Source: Candidatus Babelota bacterium
GTDB taxonomy: Bacteria; Babelota; Babeliae; Babelales; JACPOV01
Length of the DNA: 64,000 nucleotides
Assembly (NCBI GenBank): GCA_016191325.1
Contig: JACPOV010000008.1
Location: 718,351 to 782,350 of the forward strand
Direction: 5' to 3'
The translations under genes were made by a program, and so were the position numbers. Positions 25,568 to 35,064 of this stretch are shown here, piece by piece. The first letter of the stretch is position 1. Each line of letters opens with the position of its first letter. The notes beneath the pieces are model-generated. The model made no database searches. It was not told the origin of the DNA and saw only the letters and a program-made list of their open reading frames with translations.

Positions 25568-25918
25568 TTACTCGCCTATTTGATTAGAGCAAGAAAACAA
25601 AGAGAAAAGGCCTAAAGAATGAGTTCTATTTATTTGCTGCGAGCGTACTTTGCTTATTTCTTGCGGTTTCGGTTCAAAATGGGATTTCTTTCTGCGGTTT
25701 CGCAAACCGGTTTCTTCATTCTCTTCTGTTTTTTCCATAATCATAGCTTGCGGCTGCTCAGAATCATATGAACGGCAGGATGGAAGAACTTGTTCATTTT
25801 GAGGTTGTTCTATAACTTTTTTAACCTCAACTTTAACAACGATTGGCTTTGGTAGCGGCAAATATTGCGTTGCTTCACTATTTAAAAATATTAATACAGC
25901 GACATACTGCAATTTCAT
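25568..25918 (-). CDS. small secreted protein, hypothetical
   Basis: Start moved to the ATG at 25918 (AAGGAAGAG SD 4-5 nt upstream). Signal-like MKLQYVAVLIFLNSEA, then basic/Glu-rich sequence. Confidence 0.5.
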   Translation of the reverse strand: MKLQYVAVLIFLNSEATQYLPLPKPIVVKVEVKKVIEQPQNEQVLPSCRSYDSEQPQAMIMEKTEENEETGLRNRRKKSHFEPKPQEISKVRSQQINRTHSLGLFSLFSCSNQIGE

Positions 25919-26124
25919 AACTCTTCCTTTGTTCCAAGAGTAGAAAATATGAGCTTCGTTAACTATCCTACCTGTTTTACGGCTGAGCGCAAACCAAGAA
26001 AAACATTCACCAAATAATTTTTGGTTCAAAAAATTAGAAAAAACGTTCTCATTTTAGATTATTTTTAGCATTCTCATCTATTTTCTATACACTAAAGTGA
26101 AATTTTATTTTAGGGAGACAACTA

Positions 26125-27405
26125 ATGCACGGCCTCAAAAAACATATCCTCTCAATAATAGTAGTGACGAAATTTTACTGTATATCGGCAATGGAACCGC
26201 AACCTGCACCAGAAATTGTTTCCTATGCTCAAGAATTCGCGCAGGATGAGATTCGCCCAGAGCTTCTTGAGCAATTGCTTGCTACGTGCCCCAAACTGAA
26301 GCAATTGGTTTTCCGTTTACAAAATCCTCTCCGCTATGGCAGAACAATCCCTACTAAACTTTTGCTCGTTGGCCCTCCTGGAGTTGGCAAAACTACTATT
26401 GCAAAAGGAATTGCTTCACTCATTAATCGCCCCTATATATTTCTTCGAGCATCGTTACTCACAAATGAATATAAAAATTCTGGGCCGCAAAATTTAGCGC
26501 GCGAAATAATACCTATTTTACAAAGCGGGCAACCTTATGTAATCATCGTGGATGAACTGCATGCGCTCACTGAAAATTATAAAAAAGACCACAATGCAGA
26601 TCCAGGAACTGCAGAAGCATTATGGTCGATTCTCGATGAATGCGCCAAAAATCCACAAGTTCTTTTTATTGGTACCACCAATGATGCTGTAAAACTTCCA
26701 GAACCGCTCAAAACAAGATTTGCAAACGGGATCATTGAAATACCACTGCCAAATCTTGAACAGCGAACTAATATTATTAAATATTATTTACACAACATCT
26801 CTTACACATTCGACAGATCATATTTTACAACTCTGGCAAAACAAACGAATCAACTTTCGGGTCGCAATCTTGAGCAACTAGTTTCTGATGCGATTACGTA
26901 CGCTTTAGATCGAGAAGAAATTCCGATGATTAGAAAAAAAGATTTTGAGCGCGCTTTGAAGGATATGAATGAAAATCAAAGTTCATTGGCATTGTTGGGC
27001 TGGGAAAAACATAAGCAATTTTTAAAAGATAACGCCACAACTATCGCCACGATTATTGGTATAGGTGTAAGCCTTGTTGGGCTCGCAATGCAATACTGGT
27101 CGATGCAGCGACAAATTTCCCTTCAGTTAGTTGCGCAAAACGCGCAAATAGACCAAAATAAAAAATTTCTCGATCATCAAGTAAAAGTGCAAAATGAGCA
27201 ATTTACTATCGAACAGGGAAACAAAGAAAAAAAAGCAAACCAGTCTGCGTTCATACAAAAAACTGGTGCCGGCGCGGGTATAGTTACAGGAGCATTTACA
27301 TTAGCTGCATCATTCCCACCCCTTTGGCCAGTAGCTTACGTAATTGGTGGTAGTGGAGCATTGATGGCTGCTGATGCATTTGATCAGAATTGGAGCAAGA
27401 TGTGA
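26125..27405 (+). CDS. membrane-anchored classical-clade AAA+ ATPase
   Basis: N-terminal hydrophobic anchor (ILSIIVVTKFYCISA), Walker A LLLVGPPGVGKTT, Walker B YVIIVDELH, sensor-1 region FIGTTN, PEPLKTRF. C-terminal TM TIATIIGIGVSLVGLAMQYW and Gly-rich helix GAGAGIVTGAFTLAASF. GGGAGA SD. Confidence 0.8.
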   Translation: MHGLKKHILSIIVVTKFYCISAMEPQPAPEIVSYAQEFAQDEIRPELLEQLLATCPKLKQLVFRLQNPLRYGRTIPTKLLLVGPPGVGKTTIAKGIASLINRPYIFLRASLLTNEYKNSGPQNLAREIIPILQSGQPYVIIVDELHALTENYKKDHNADPGTAEALWSILDECAKNPQVLFIGTTNDAVKLPEPLKTRFANGIIEIPLPNLEQRTNIIKYYLHNISYTFDRSYFTTLAKQTNQLSGRNLEQLVSDAITYALDREEIPMIRKKDFERALKDMNENQSSLALLGWEKHKQFLKDNATTIATIIGIGVSLVGLAMQYWSMQRQISLQLVAQNAQIDQNKKFLDHQVKVQNEQFTIEQGNKEKKANQSAFIQKTGAGAGIVTGAFTLAASFPPLWPVAYVIGGSGALMAADAFDQNWSKM

Positions 27406-30368
27406 TTTTTTCCAAAGCACGAAAAAAACTCTCTAAGAAAATCTTATTCGCTGCATTCGTTTCATTCAGCTTTTCAACATTGCAATCTATGGCAATACCG
27501 TGGCAAACCATTGCACCGACTCTTGCAAATTTAAGCTACGGATGCGGAGCTTTAGTTAATAAACTCTTAAACACACAGCGCCATAGCATTCCATCTCCAG
27601 CTCAACAAATACCAATTACTCGCGCGCCTCTAATTTTAAGCGTTAGGCAATCCTCGATCGCCCCAATTAGATCATTATGCATAAAATCGCCAATCGAAAC
27701 CTACAGCAGAGCGCTTCATTGTAAATTGCAACAGAATTTACCTACAGCGCTTCTCAAAAACCCCGCTTCGACCGCAACGCCAAAACTACGATTGGGTCAC
27801 CTGCCCTCAGCTCGTGGCAAAAGCGAAATTTATAAAACGAAAACTGCATCATCGCTCCTAAAATTGCCTCAAGTCAGGCCAGATTTGCAGTATGTAAAAC
27901 CTAAAAGCGCTTGGGAATCTTTTATCGATAAATTAACAATAACAGTCGTTCCACATGATATTGATTATCGCACATATGGCGCAGTCTCCGATCTGCATCG
28001 AGCTACCGTCGAACAGCAATCCCTCATCAACCAATACCAGCAAAATGGCATGTTCCATGTGCTAGAACAGAACGTTGCAAAATTTCAATCAATCTTATTG
28101 GATCTCTCGCGATCAGATCCTCAAGGCGTTATCGCGCGCAATAAATTTTCTGAATTGCAAGCACCTTTGCCACTCGCCCAGCATTATCTTAATGATTTTA
28201 AAACATGCATAAAAATGTTTGCTTTTGATAAAGCAGATACCATAAAACAAAACCTTTCGAAAGTTGATTCATTTTATATAGCAGCTCATTGTCAATCATT
28301 TATACAACGAAGCTTCGGCGCTCAAGCAGCAGCCGATTTTGTAAAAATGGGATGCGAACAAAAAATTCCTGGGTACCTTGAACTCAGCGGGCAAGTAAAA
28401 TATGGAAATATTTTTTCTCGAGCGCGTCGATGGTTTGCAGGATGTAAAACTGGATTCCGTTCAAATGAATTTAATCCGCATCATATTCTTGAAAATAGCT
28501 TTAATCAAAAGATAACGCACGTACGAACATTATGCGAAAACCAAAAATTCCATTTAGCTCATGCTTATATTCAGCAATCGTCAGGGGAAAGCAAGCAAAG
28601 TTTGCTGGGTGTTTATGGGGAATATTTTAAACAAAGCTATAATCAACTTGGTATCGAGCGCTGTTATGAAAATGATCCTTTTTTTGCGCAAATTTCATCC
28701 CAACTTAAATATAGTAGCGTACCCAGCGCAGGCCTCAATGATGTTTTTAAATCACGCCACGATATGTTCAATGCCATTAAGCAAACATGCGCTATCCCTA
28801 ACAACGCTGACGCGTTCAGCAATTCTTTAATGTGGCATCTAGTTGATCAATGCGGAAATAACGCAACTCCAAAGCAGATGGTGAGCGATTTAGCTGTTCT
28901 GTGCAAAGATAGCGCAGCCAAAACAATTTCTGGAGCGTATCATCATTTTTTTGATGGCAACGGGATCTTTAAGCTCTTAAATTATGATAAATCTAACTTT
29001 GCGCATCTTTCTTTTCATGAATCGATTCACCATGAACGCAATACTCACACACGAATCTTCTTAAATGATCTTATACAGATTCCGTGTACAACCAAGCAAC
29101 AGTTAGAGGCTTTTTCAAGCGCCCTAAATCACCTAAACCAATCATGCAAAAATCCTTCCCTAGCTACGCAACATATGACGTTCGCGCAAGACATTGCCAA
29201 TGCGCTCTCAAATCCTGATTACGACCAAAAAATTATTTCCTGCGGCGATTTTAGTAAATATGATATGCGCCTTCTTAAACTTGGATCCGAAATAATTACC
29301 GCTAAGAATAATACGAATGTTCAGCTTGCTGACATGCAAGAGCTGAATGCTGCATTGGCGCAACTAAACGATGCTGGAATCGCACGCTTGAATGGAGATT
29401 ATTATCTTTCAGAACACCTAACCAACAAAACCTTAGGATCGCTCGATATTGAATCAAGCAGTTTTTGGCAGCAAGAAAAAACGAGCTTTATAAAACCGAT
29501 ATCCGCTGATTTAAAAACATCATTTTTCAATATTCAATCTCCCAAAACTCAAGAAGCTGCCCCTTCTAAAAATAGTTTTGCAAACGGTTTTGCGGCCGCC
29601 GTGGGAGCTCGAGCATTGCAGCAGGCTTTTTCTGGAAATTCTTTCGCGCCAGCACCTTCAGCTAATTATTCACAGACGCAAACAGATGCCGCTAGTGCGT
29701 GCCCGCAATGTGCAAACGATGCAGACGCAATTCATGAGTATTTTGACTATTTAAATCAAGGCGGCCAACCTGTTGCCATTTCTGGCGGACAGGCTGATGC
29801 TGCTCAAAAGGCAAAAGAAGACGATTGCAATGAAGCGCCGACAAAATTATCACTTTTAGAACAAATAGAATTAGCAAGAAAAGCAAATGATTATTTCCGG
29901 GAACAAATTGCGAAATATGAAGCTGAAATCGTTGAGGCGATAAAGAAAAAGCTCAAAGAAAATAATTTAAATTATGAACCAACGATTCACGTTAAAGATA
30001 TTAATATGAAACACATCATGTTTACAGAATCGAGAGGCAAAAACCCAGTCGGATTACATTCAAAACGCTGGAATCCTGAACGAATAGTTACGGCAAGCGT
30101 CCGCCCTTGCAAATTCAATACAAGCCATGGGAAAGTTCAGCTCAATTGCATCACTAAACCTTCAACCTTTTTCCCCGATAGCTGGAATGAATTCATGATT
30201 GTTGATAAAATTTTTGAAGCATTAAAGAATATTATTAACGTAAATACAATAAGCAGTAAATTAATAATAAAAGGAATTACGCAAGAACAAATCTATATTG
30301 AATTACATCTTGAAAGTGGAGGTTTAATTTCAACGGCCTATCCATCATTTAAGGATTTATGCATTTAG
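27390..30368 (+). CDS. large secreted protein with C-terminal EndoU-like RNase (polymorphic-toxin type) domain
   Basis: Starts at TTG 27390 or GTG 27402, the latter overlapping the AAA stop as GTGA. Signal peptide KKILFAAFVSFSFSTLQSMA. The last ~128 aa (nt 29982-30365) carry KHIMFTE, VGLHSKRW, KPSTFFPDSWNEFMIVDKIFEALKN and LISTAYP. These parallel the EndoU His/His/Lys motifs and the bacterial EndoU hallmarks. Confidence 0.65.
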   Translation: MEQDVIFSKARKKLSKKILFAAFVSFSFSTLQSMAIPWQTIAPTLANLSYGCGALVNKLLNTQRHSIPSPAQQIPITRAPLILSVRQSSIAPIRSLCIKSPIETYSRALHCKLQQNLPTALLKNPASTATPKLRLGHLPSARGKSEIYKTKTASSLLKLPQVRPDLQYVKPKSAWESFIDKLTITVVPHDIDYRTYGAVSDLHRATVEQQSLINQYQQNGMFHVLEQNVAKFQSILLDLSRSDPQGVIARNKFSELQAPLPLAQHYLNDFKTCIKMFAFDKADTIKQNLSKVDSFYIAAHCQSFIQRSFGAQAAADFVKMGCEQKIPGYLELSGQVKYGNIFSRARRWFAGCKTGFRSNEFNPHHILENSFNQKITHVRTLCENQKFHLAHAYIQQSSGESKQSLLGVYGEYFKQSYNQLGIERCYENDPFFAQISSQLKYSSVPSAGLNDVFKSRHDMFNAIKQTCAIPNNADAFSNSLMWHLVDQCGNNATPKQMVSDLAVLCKDSAAKTISGAYHHFFDGNGIFKLLNYDKSNFAHLSFHESIHHERNTHTRIFLNDLIQIPCTTKQQLEAFSSALNHLNQSCKNPSLATQHMTFAQDIANALSNPDYDQKIISCGDFSKYDMRLLKLGSEIITAKNNTNVQLADMQELNAALAQLNDAGIARLNGDYYLSEHLTNKTLGSLDIESSSFWQQEKTSFIKPISADLKTSFFNIQSPKTQEAAPSKNSFANGFAAAVGARALQQAFSGNSFAPAPSANYSQTQTDAASACPQCANDADAIHEYFDYLNQGGQPVAISGGQADAAQKAKEDDCNEAPTKLSLLEQIELARKANDYFREQIAKYEAEIVEAIKKKLKENNLNYEPTIHVKDINMKHIMFTESRGKNPVGLHSKRWNPERIVTASVRPCKFNTSHGKVQLNCITKPSTFFPDSWNEFMIVDKIFEALKNIINVNTISSKLIIKGITQEQIYIELHLESGGLISTAYPSFKDLCI

Positions 30369-30757
30369 TAAAAATAAAACTTACCCCTTATTATCATATT
30401 GCATACGCGACGTCTGAGCCATTAAAGCTTCTGGGCTTTTTCTTAGAAGACTTTGGATCTGAAATTGGAATTGAGATTTTACGCTCAATTGTCATTGATA
30501 AATTACAAGACTGTACGTCGGGCAATAAAACATCACTATATACATTAAAAAATGGAAATTTGTGTATTACTATATTATTTCCAGACAAGAAAGATCCTGT
30601 ACGGTTAGAAATAACACCTGAAACGTTGCTTCAGGTTACAAAATTATATTTGGAAGCAGAAAAAAAACGACCAGCCGAAATTATTATTAAATTGGATCAT
30701 TCAATGGAAAATCCAACGATAGAAACTATACTATATTGTCCTCTTAATAAGGCCTAA
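30359..30757 (+). CDS. putative cognate immunity protein (132 aa, cytoplasmic)
   Basis: The ATG overlaps the toxin ORF end by 10 nt. No signal peptide. Small acidic protein. The assignment rests on position only. Confidence 0.4.
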   Translation: MHLVKIKLTPYYHIAYATSEPLKLLGFFLEDFGSEIGIEILRSIVIDKLQDCTSGNKTSLYTLKNGNLCITILFPDKKDPVRLEITPETLLQVTKLYLEAEKKRPAEIIIKLDHSMENPTIETILYCPLNKA

Positions 30758-30760
30758 AAT

Positions 30761-31201
30761 ATGAAATATTACGCACTGCTCAGTATTCTGTTATTTTTTT
30801 CCGCAGATGAGGCACGCTGTTCTAATGATTCAAATAAAGCACATTCTAACGATACCGTTTCTTTTCTAACTTCCAAAAATTGCTGCGCTGCTCTTTTAGG
30901 ATCGATGGCATTGGCATACTGCTATTACCTTTATAAATCAATACTATCACCAAAGCCACAAAAAAAATTAGCTCAAGAAACCGCAGATTCGCGTTTATAC
31001 AAGAAAAAGATCGAGGAGCAACAGCTGAAGCGCTTAAAAATAATTTTGCCAATGCTTTGCGTAATGTGGATTTTAAACTCGATTATTTTTAGTTACAATC
31101 CTTATTACAATCCAATCTATATTCCCCCAACCCATCTATATCAATATAGATACCCATATCAGTATTCATACTCATATCCATATATTTGGACATTCTACTG
31201 A
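30761..31201 (+). CDS. small membrane protein with Tyr/Pro-rich C-terminal tail, hypothetical
   Basis: Signal-like N-terminus and two TM segments. The tail is YNPYYNPIYIPPTHLYQYRYPYQYSYSYPYIWTFY. Confidence 0.5.
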   Translation: MKYYALLSILLFFSADEARCSNDSNKAHSNDTVSFLTSKNCCAALLGSMALAYCYYLYKSILSPKPQKKLAQETADSRLYKKKIEEQQLKRLKIILPMLCVMWILNSIIFSYNPYYNPIYIPPTHLYQYRYPYQYSYSYPYIWTFY

Positions 31202-31320
31202 GGCGCTAAGAATTTCATCTCGAAGTTATTTTATTTAAGGAATTTTGAGAAAGCAAACAGCTCTTTTTTTTACACTTTTTGATCGCTCTAACCCGTAATC
31301 ATAAATTCAAGGAAATTATT

Positions 31321-31776
31321 ATGAAATTAAAATCTCTAGGACTATTTTTCATCATGTTGATCTTTTTTAAAGGCATGAATGCGGAGCGTGTGTATTTCTA
31401 TCATGATTTCCATGAGCCGGTACGCGCAAGCGTAACAAAATCGATTGTTGCTAGCATTGGAGGAATTCTATTGCTCTCATTGGGATATAAACTGGAACAG
31501 AAACTCGAACAAACTGCCCGCGCGACTATTCCAGATTATAATAGACTCTTGGCTGAGCTTAAAAACAATGTCGAGTATATGAATAAAAAATACGGATTCT
31601 GGACACCAAGTCTCACCCGCTACTACGTTCCTGATATGCCCCAGTTTTATGAGATTGCAGCAAGCTCGCCAGAAACTGCCGCAGCGCTGAAAAAGCTTTA
31701 CTACCAAAGCGGGTGCTCATATGTTGCAGGCAGCGTTTTATTAATATTCGGGATATTTGGGTTATTAGGTGACTAA
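31321..31776 (+). CDS. small membrane protein, hypothetical
   Basis: Start moved to the ATG at 31321 (AAGGA SD). Signal peptide MKLKSLGLFFIMLIFFKGMNA, an internal TM and a C-terminal TM (VAGSVLLIFGIFGLLG). Confidence 0.5.
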   Translation: MKLKSLGLFFIMLIFFKGMNAERVYFYHDFHEPVRASVTKSIVASIGGILLLSLGYKLEQKLEQTARATIPDYNRLLAELKNNVEYMNKKYGFWTPSLTRYYVPDMPQFYEIAASSPETAAALKKLYYQSGCSYVAGSVLLIFGIFGLLGD

Positions 31777-31790
31777 ATATTAGTCAGGGC

Positions 31791-31830
31791 AAAAAAAACC
31801 CCTATCCAGACAGAACGTCGTGGACAGGGG
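31791..31830 (-). terminator. rho-independent terminator for the minus-strand ferredoxin/ligase/glycosyltransferase operon
   Basis: CCCCTATCCA (31799-31808) pairs with TGGACAGGGG (31821-31830) at 9/10. It is preceded on the plus strand by A8, which gives a T8 run after the hairpin on the minus strand. Confidence 0.65.
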
Positions 31831-31984
31831 AAATGGAGGTTATCTAATTAAATCGAATAATAAATTATTCTGTGTTGATGATACATCAAGCACACACAAA
31901 AATCAAATTTTATTCCGATCGCGCTTGCAACTGCATCATCAAGAAAAAACATATCAAAATATTATTTCAAAATGCAAATATTTC

Positions 31985-33100
31985 CTATTTTTTCCCAGAA
32001 AGTCTTTCATAAAGCTCCCGGTAGGAATCTGCCATTCGGTCAAATCTAAATTCATTCGCTATTGTAGCCATCCCCTCTTTCCCGAGAGCGGCCGCAAATG
32101 GGCTATCGGTCATTATAGCGCATAAATTATCATAAAAAATAGGGCCGTTATTTGCGGGCAATAAAAGCCCATTTTTTTTATGCTGAATGACATCGTGCTC
32201 AAGCTCGGCATTGGTAACCACACAGGGAATTCCGATACTCATCGCCTCTAAAAGTGCCATTGAAATCCCCTCTTTTACAGAAGATTGAACGAAGCAATCA
32301 AAAATAGGATAATAGCCGATCGCATTCTTCCCAACGATAAAAATAACCGCGTCTTTTATATCCAATTTCTCCGCCAGTGAACGCAAATAGGCCTCCTGGG
32401 GCCCGCCGCCAACCAAAACTAAGCGGGTTGAGGGATAATTCTTATGAATTTTTGCAAAAACTTCGATTAAGAATGAGTAATTTTTAAGTGGCACGAAACG
32501 GCCAACCGAGCCAAACACAAAATTATCTTCAGTAAGGCCTAAACTCTCTCTAGTTATAAGATTTTTTTCACTCTTGCTGCGTATTCGATCGGCATCAATG
32601 CCATTTTTAATAATGTGAACGCGTTGCGCTGGCATAAAGCGATAATCGTTCATGGTGCGGCAAATCCCCTCTGAAACAGCGATAATCTCATCTGCCAACC
32701 AAAGGGAAAGCGAATCGATCGCATTCCGCACGAAACCGTTTTGATCGTGATTATTATGAAGCGCACAAATGACGGGAATACCTTTCAGTTTCCCTACTAT
32801 TCGGCTGGCCACATTTGCCGCCCAAAGTGATGCGTGAATACAACTCGGTTTTTCTGAATCGATTGCTCGATAAAGCGCAATCCAAAAAAACGGATCGAAT
32901 AGACAAAAATAGCCTTTAACGTGATAGGTTTTTATGCCAAGTTCATTAATGCGCGCGACAAAAGGGCCTTCATGAAAATAAACCACTGCTTGCTGAATGT
33001 TTTTTTCTTGAAGCCGCTCAGTCAGATCATAAAGCAAACTCTCTGCGCCGCCCATTTTAAGGCTTGAAATGATATGAATTACTTTAACTGCGCTCCCCAT
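31985..33100 (-). CDS. glycosyltransferase, GT4-like
   Basis: KVIHIISSLKMGGAESLLYDL N-terminus and EGISMALLEAMSIGIPCV C-terminal motif. 371 aa. Confidence 0.8.
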   Translation of the reverse strand: MGSAVKVIHIISSLKMGGAESLLYDLTERLQEKNIQQAVVYFHEGPFVARINELGIKTYHVKGYFCLFDPFFWIALYRAIDSEKPSCIHASLWAANVASRIVGKLKGIPVICALHNNHDQNGFVRNAIDSLSLWLADEIIAVSEGICRTMNDYRFMPAQRVHIIKNGIDADRIRSKSEKNLITRESLGLTEDNFVFGSVGRFVPLKNYSFLIEVFAKIHKNYPSTRLVLVGGGPQEAYLRSLAEKLDIKDAVIFIVGKNAIGYYPIFDCFVQSSVKEGISMALLEAMSIGIPCVVTNAELEHDVIQHKKNGLLLPANNGPIFYDNLCAIMTDSPFAAALGKEGMATIANEFRFDRMADSYRELYERLSGKK

Positions 33101-33104
33101 TTTT

Positions 33105-34676
33105 TTAATCTCTGATCGTGTGATTTGCTAACTCAACACGAAGCTTCTTTTTATCTATTTTGCCCAAAGCGGTCATCGGCAAATCATCCATCACGATAAA
33201 TTTTCGCGGAATTTTATAAAGAGCTAAATTACGTGCACATAATTCTTTTAGCTGCTTTTCAATATCGGTAACTTTTTCTTTCAGCGCCAGAAACGCTACC
33301 GGAATCTCACCTATTGCTTCATCTTTTTTTCCTACGACAGCCACTTTGATCACCGCTGGATGACCCATAATAATATTTTCGATCTCTTGCGGATAAATAA
33401 TGAGCCCTTTGTTTTTGATAATGTCCCGCTCGCGTCCATAAATCACTATGCGGCCTTGATCATCAAAATAGGCGCAATCTCCCGTATTGAGCCAACCATC
33501 CTGCATCACAGCAGCTGTTTGCTCCGGCGCGTTATAATACCCAAGCATCACGTTATCGCCCTTCACCCAAAGTAACCCTTTTTTACCGTACGGAACTTCT
33601 TTATTATCTTCATCACGGATCGAACAATCAATGCCAATCGCTGGGCGACCTACCGTATTTGGGTCACACAGTTCCTCGTCAAAGTTGATCGCGATCAACG
33701 GCGAAGTTTCGGTCATTCCATAGCCATTGCTAATTTTGCGGCGATAAATAATTTCAAAACCGGTTCGAATTTTATCCGGCATCGCGTCGCCACCCGAAAC
33801 AAAATATCGAACGGAACTAAAATCTATGGTGCGCATCAAACAAAATAGGCCATACATTGCAGGAACCCCAATCACAGCAGTGGGTTTATGGCTCAAGCCA
33901 TGAAGAATGTATTTGCGGTCAATTTTGGGCACAATGATAACGCTTGCACCAACCACTAGATTTCCCCAAACACATGCAAACTGTGCAAAGCTGTGAAAGA
34001 ACGGCAAAACACCCAACACGCGATCCTCGGGATGAACATCTAAAATCGCTAAGCCTTGCATGATATTGGTCAAAATGCATTTTGTGCTCAACATTACGCC
34101 TTTCGGAACACCTGTTGTTCCTGAAGTATAAAGGAGTACCGCAATTTCATCCTCTTCCCGCTCAGGAATTTCCAGATTTTTCAGCTGATCGTCGGTCGGT
34201 AGGGCAAACTGCGCCATTTGCTCTGCAGAAATTAATGGTGGGAGTTCTCGGGCAATTTGTTTTATTTTTTCAGCAAGCTGCGCACCTGCAAGGAGTGCTT
34301 TCGGTTGCGCATCGCTAATAATATGATCAAGTTCTTTTTCATGCAAATACGTGTTGAGTGGGGCAACCACCGCTCCGGTTTGCCAAGCGCCGTAATAGGC
34401 AATGTAAAAGTCGATCGAATTTTCAAAAAGTACGCACACGCGATCGCCAGCTTTTACGCCCATTTGCCTTAACGCGAGAGTAACCGCTGTCGCTCGTTCA
34501 TAAAGCTTTTTATAGGTAACGATTTCCTCATCGGCAATAAGCGCCGGCATATCGGCAAATTTCATTGCCGCCCTTTTTAGTAAATGCCCCGCAAAAATAA
34601 ATGAACCGTTATGAGAAAATTCAGACTTTAAATGATTGAATCGGCCAATTTCGGCCCGAGAATGGCGCACCTGCAT
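33105..34676 (-). CDS. AMP-dependent synthetase/ligase (acyl-CoA ligase family)
   Basis: LLYTSGTTGVPKGV (AMP-binding motif), GYGMTETS, TGDCAYFDDQGRIVIYGRERDIIKNKG, and a C-terminal GKIDKKKL. Confidence 0.85.
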   Translation of the reverse strand: MQVRHSRAEIGRFNHLKSEFSHNGSFIFAGHLLKRAAMKFADMPALIADEEIVTYKKLYERATAVTLALRQMGVKAGDRVCVLFENSIDFYIAYYGAWQTGAVVAPLNTYLHEKELDHIISDAQPKALLAGAQLAEKIKQIARELPPLISAEQMAQFALPTDDQLKNLEIPEREEDEIAVLLYTSGTTGVPKGVMLSTKCILTNIMQGLAILDVHPEDRVLGVLPFFHSFAQFACVWGNLVVGASVIIVPKIDRKYILHGLSHKPTAVIGVPAMYGLFCLMRTIDFSSVRYFVSGGDAMPDKIRTGFEIIYRRKISNGYGMTETSPLIAINFDEELCDPNTVGRPAIGIDCSIRDEDNKEVPYGKKGLLWVKGDNVMLGYYNAPEQTAAVMQDGWLNTGDCAYFDDQGRIVIYGRERDIIKNKGLIIYPQEIENIIMGHPAVIKVAVVGKKDEAIGEIPVAFLALKEKVTDIEKQLKELCARNLALYKIPRKFIVMDDLPMTALGKIDKKKLRVELANHTIRD

Positions 34677-34681
34677 ACTAA

Positions 34682-34867
34682 TTATTCCTCATACTTGATA
34701 ACGGCAACAGGACATGCAAGCGCAGCTTCTTTAATCTGCTCTTTGTGCGCGTTAAAATTAGCTTCTTTTTTTACACGACAGATATCGGTAACCTCAAAAA
34801 CCTCAGGCGTAATAAATTCACACGCACCGCAGGTAATGCATCCGGGTTGAATAATAACTTTTTTCAC
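34682..34867 (-). CDS. small ferredoxin (single Fe-S cluster type)
   Basis: 61 aa. CITCGACEFITPEVF ... CPVAVI gives the CxxCxxC...CP pattern. First gene of the operon. Confidence 0.75.
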   Translation of the reverse strand: MKKVIIQPGCITCGACEFITPEVFEVTDICRVKKEANFNAHKEQIKEAALACPVAVIKYEE

Positions 34868-35064
34868 AAATATTCCTTCGGATAATCAGGCCACGACAAT
34901 GGCTTTTTATTATTTACCATAAAGTTTTTTTCAACATTTATCAAAAAACTCGTGGCTCGCCGCAAAAGTAATCGAACTGTTTAAGGTTTTTGTTATACTT
35001 TGCAATACTGTCATTTTAAAAATCTGTCTATGTAGATCTTTTGGTACTCAACCGAGGATAAACT

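Noticed and set aside
31820-32125. 101-aa plus-strand ORF after the toxin cluster
   Set aside because: It begins inside the terminator hairpin and runs antisense into the 3' end of the glycosyltransferase gene.
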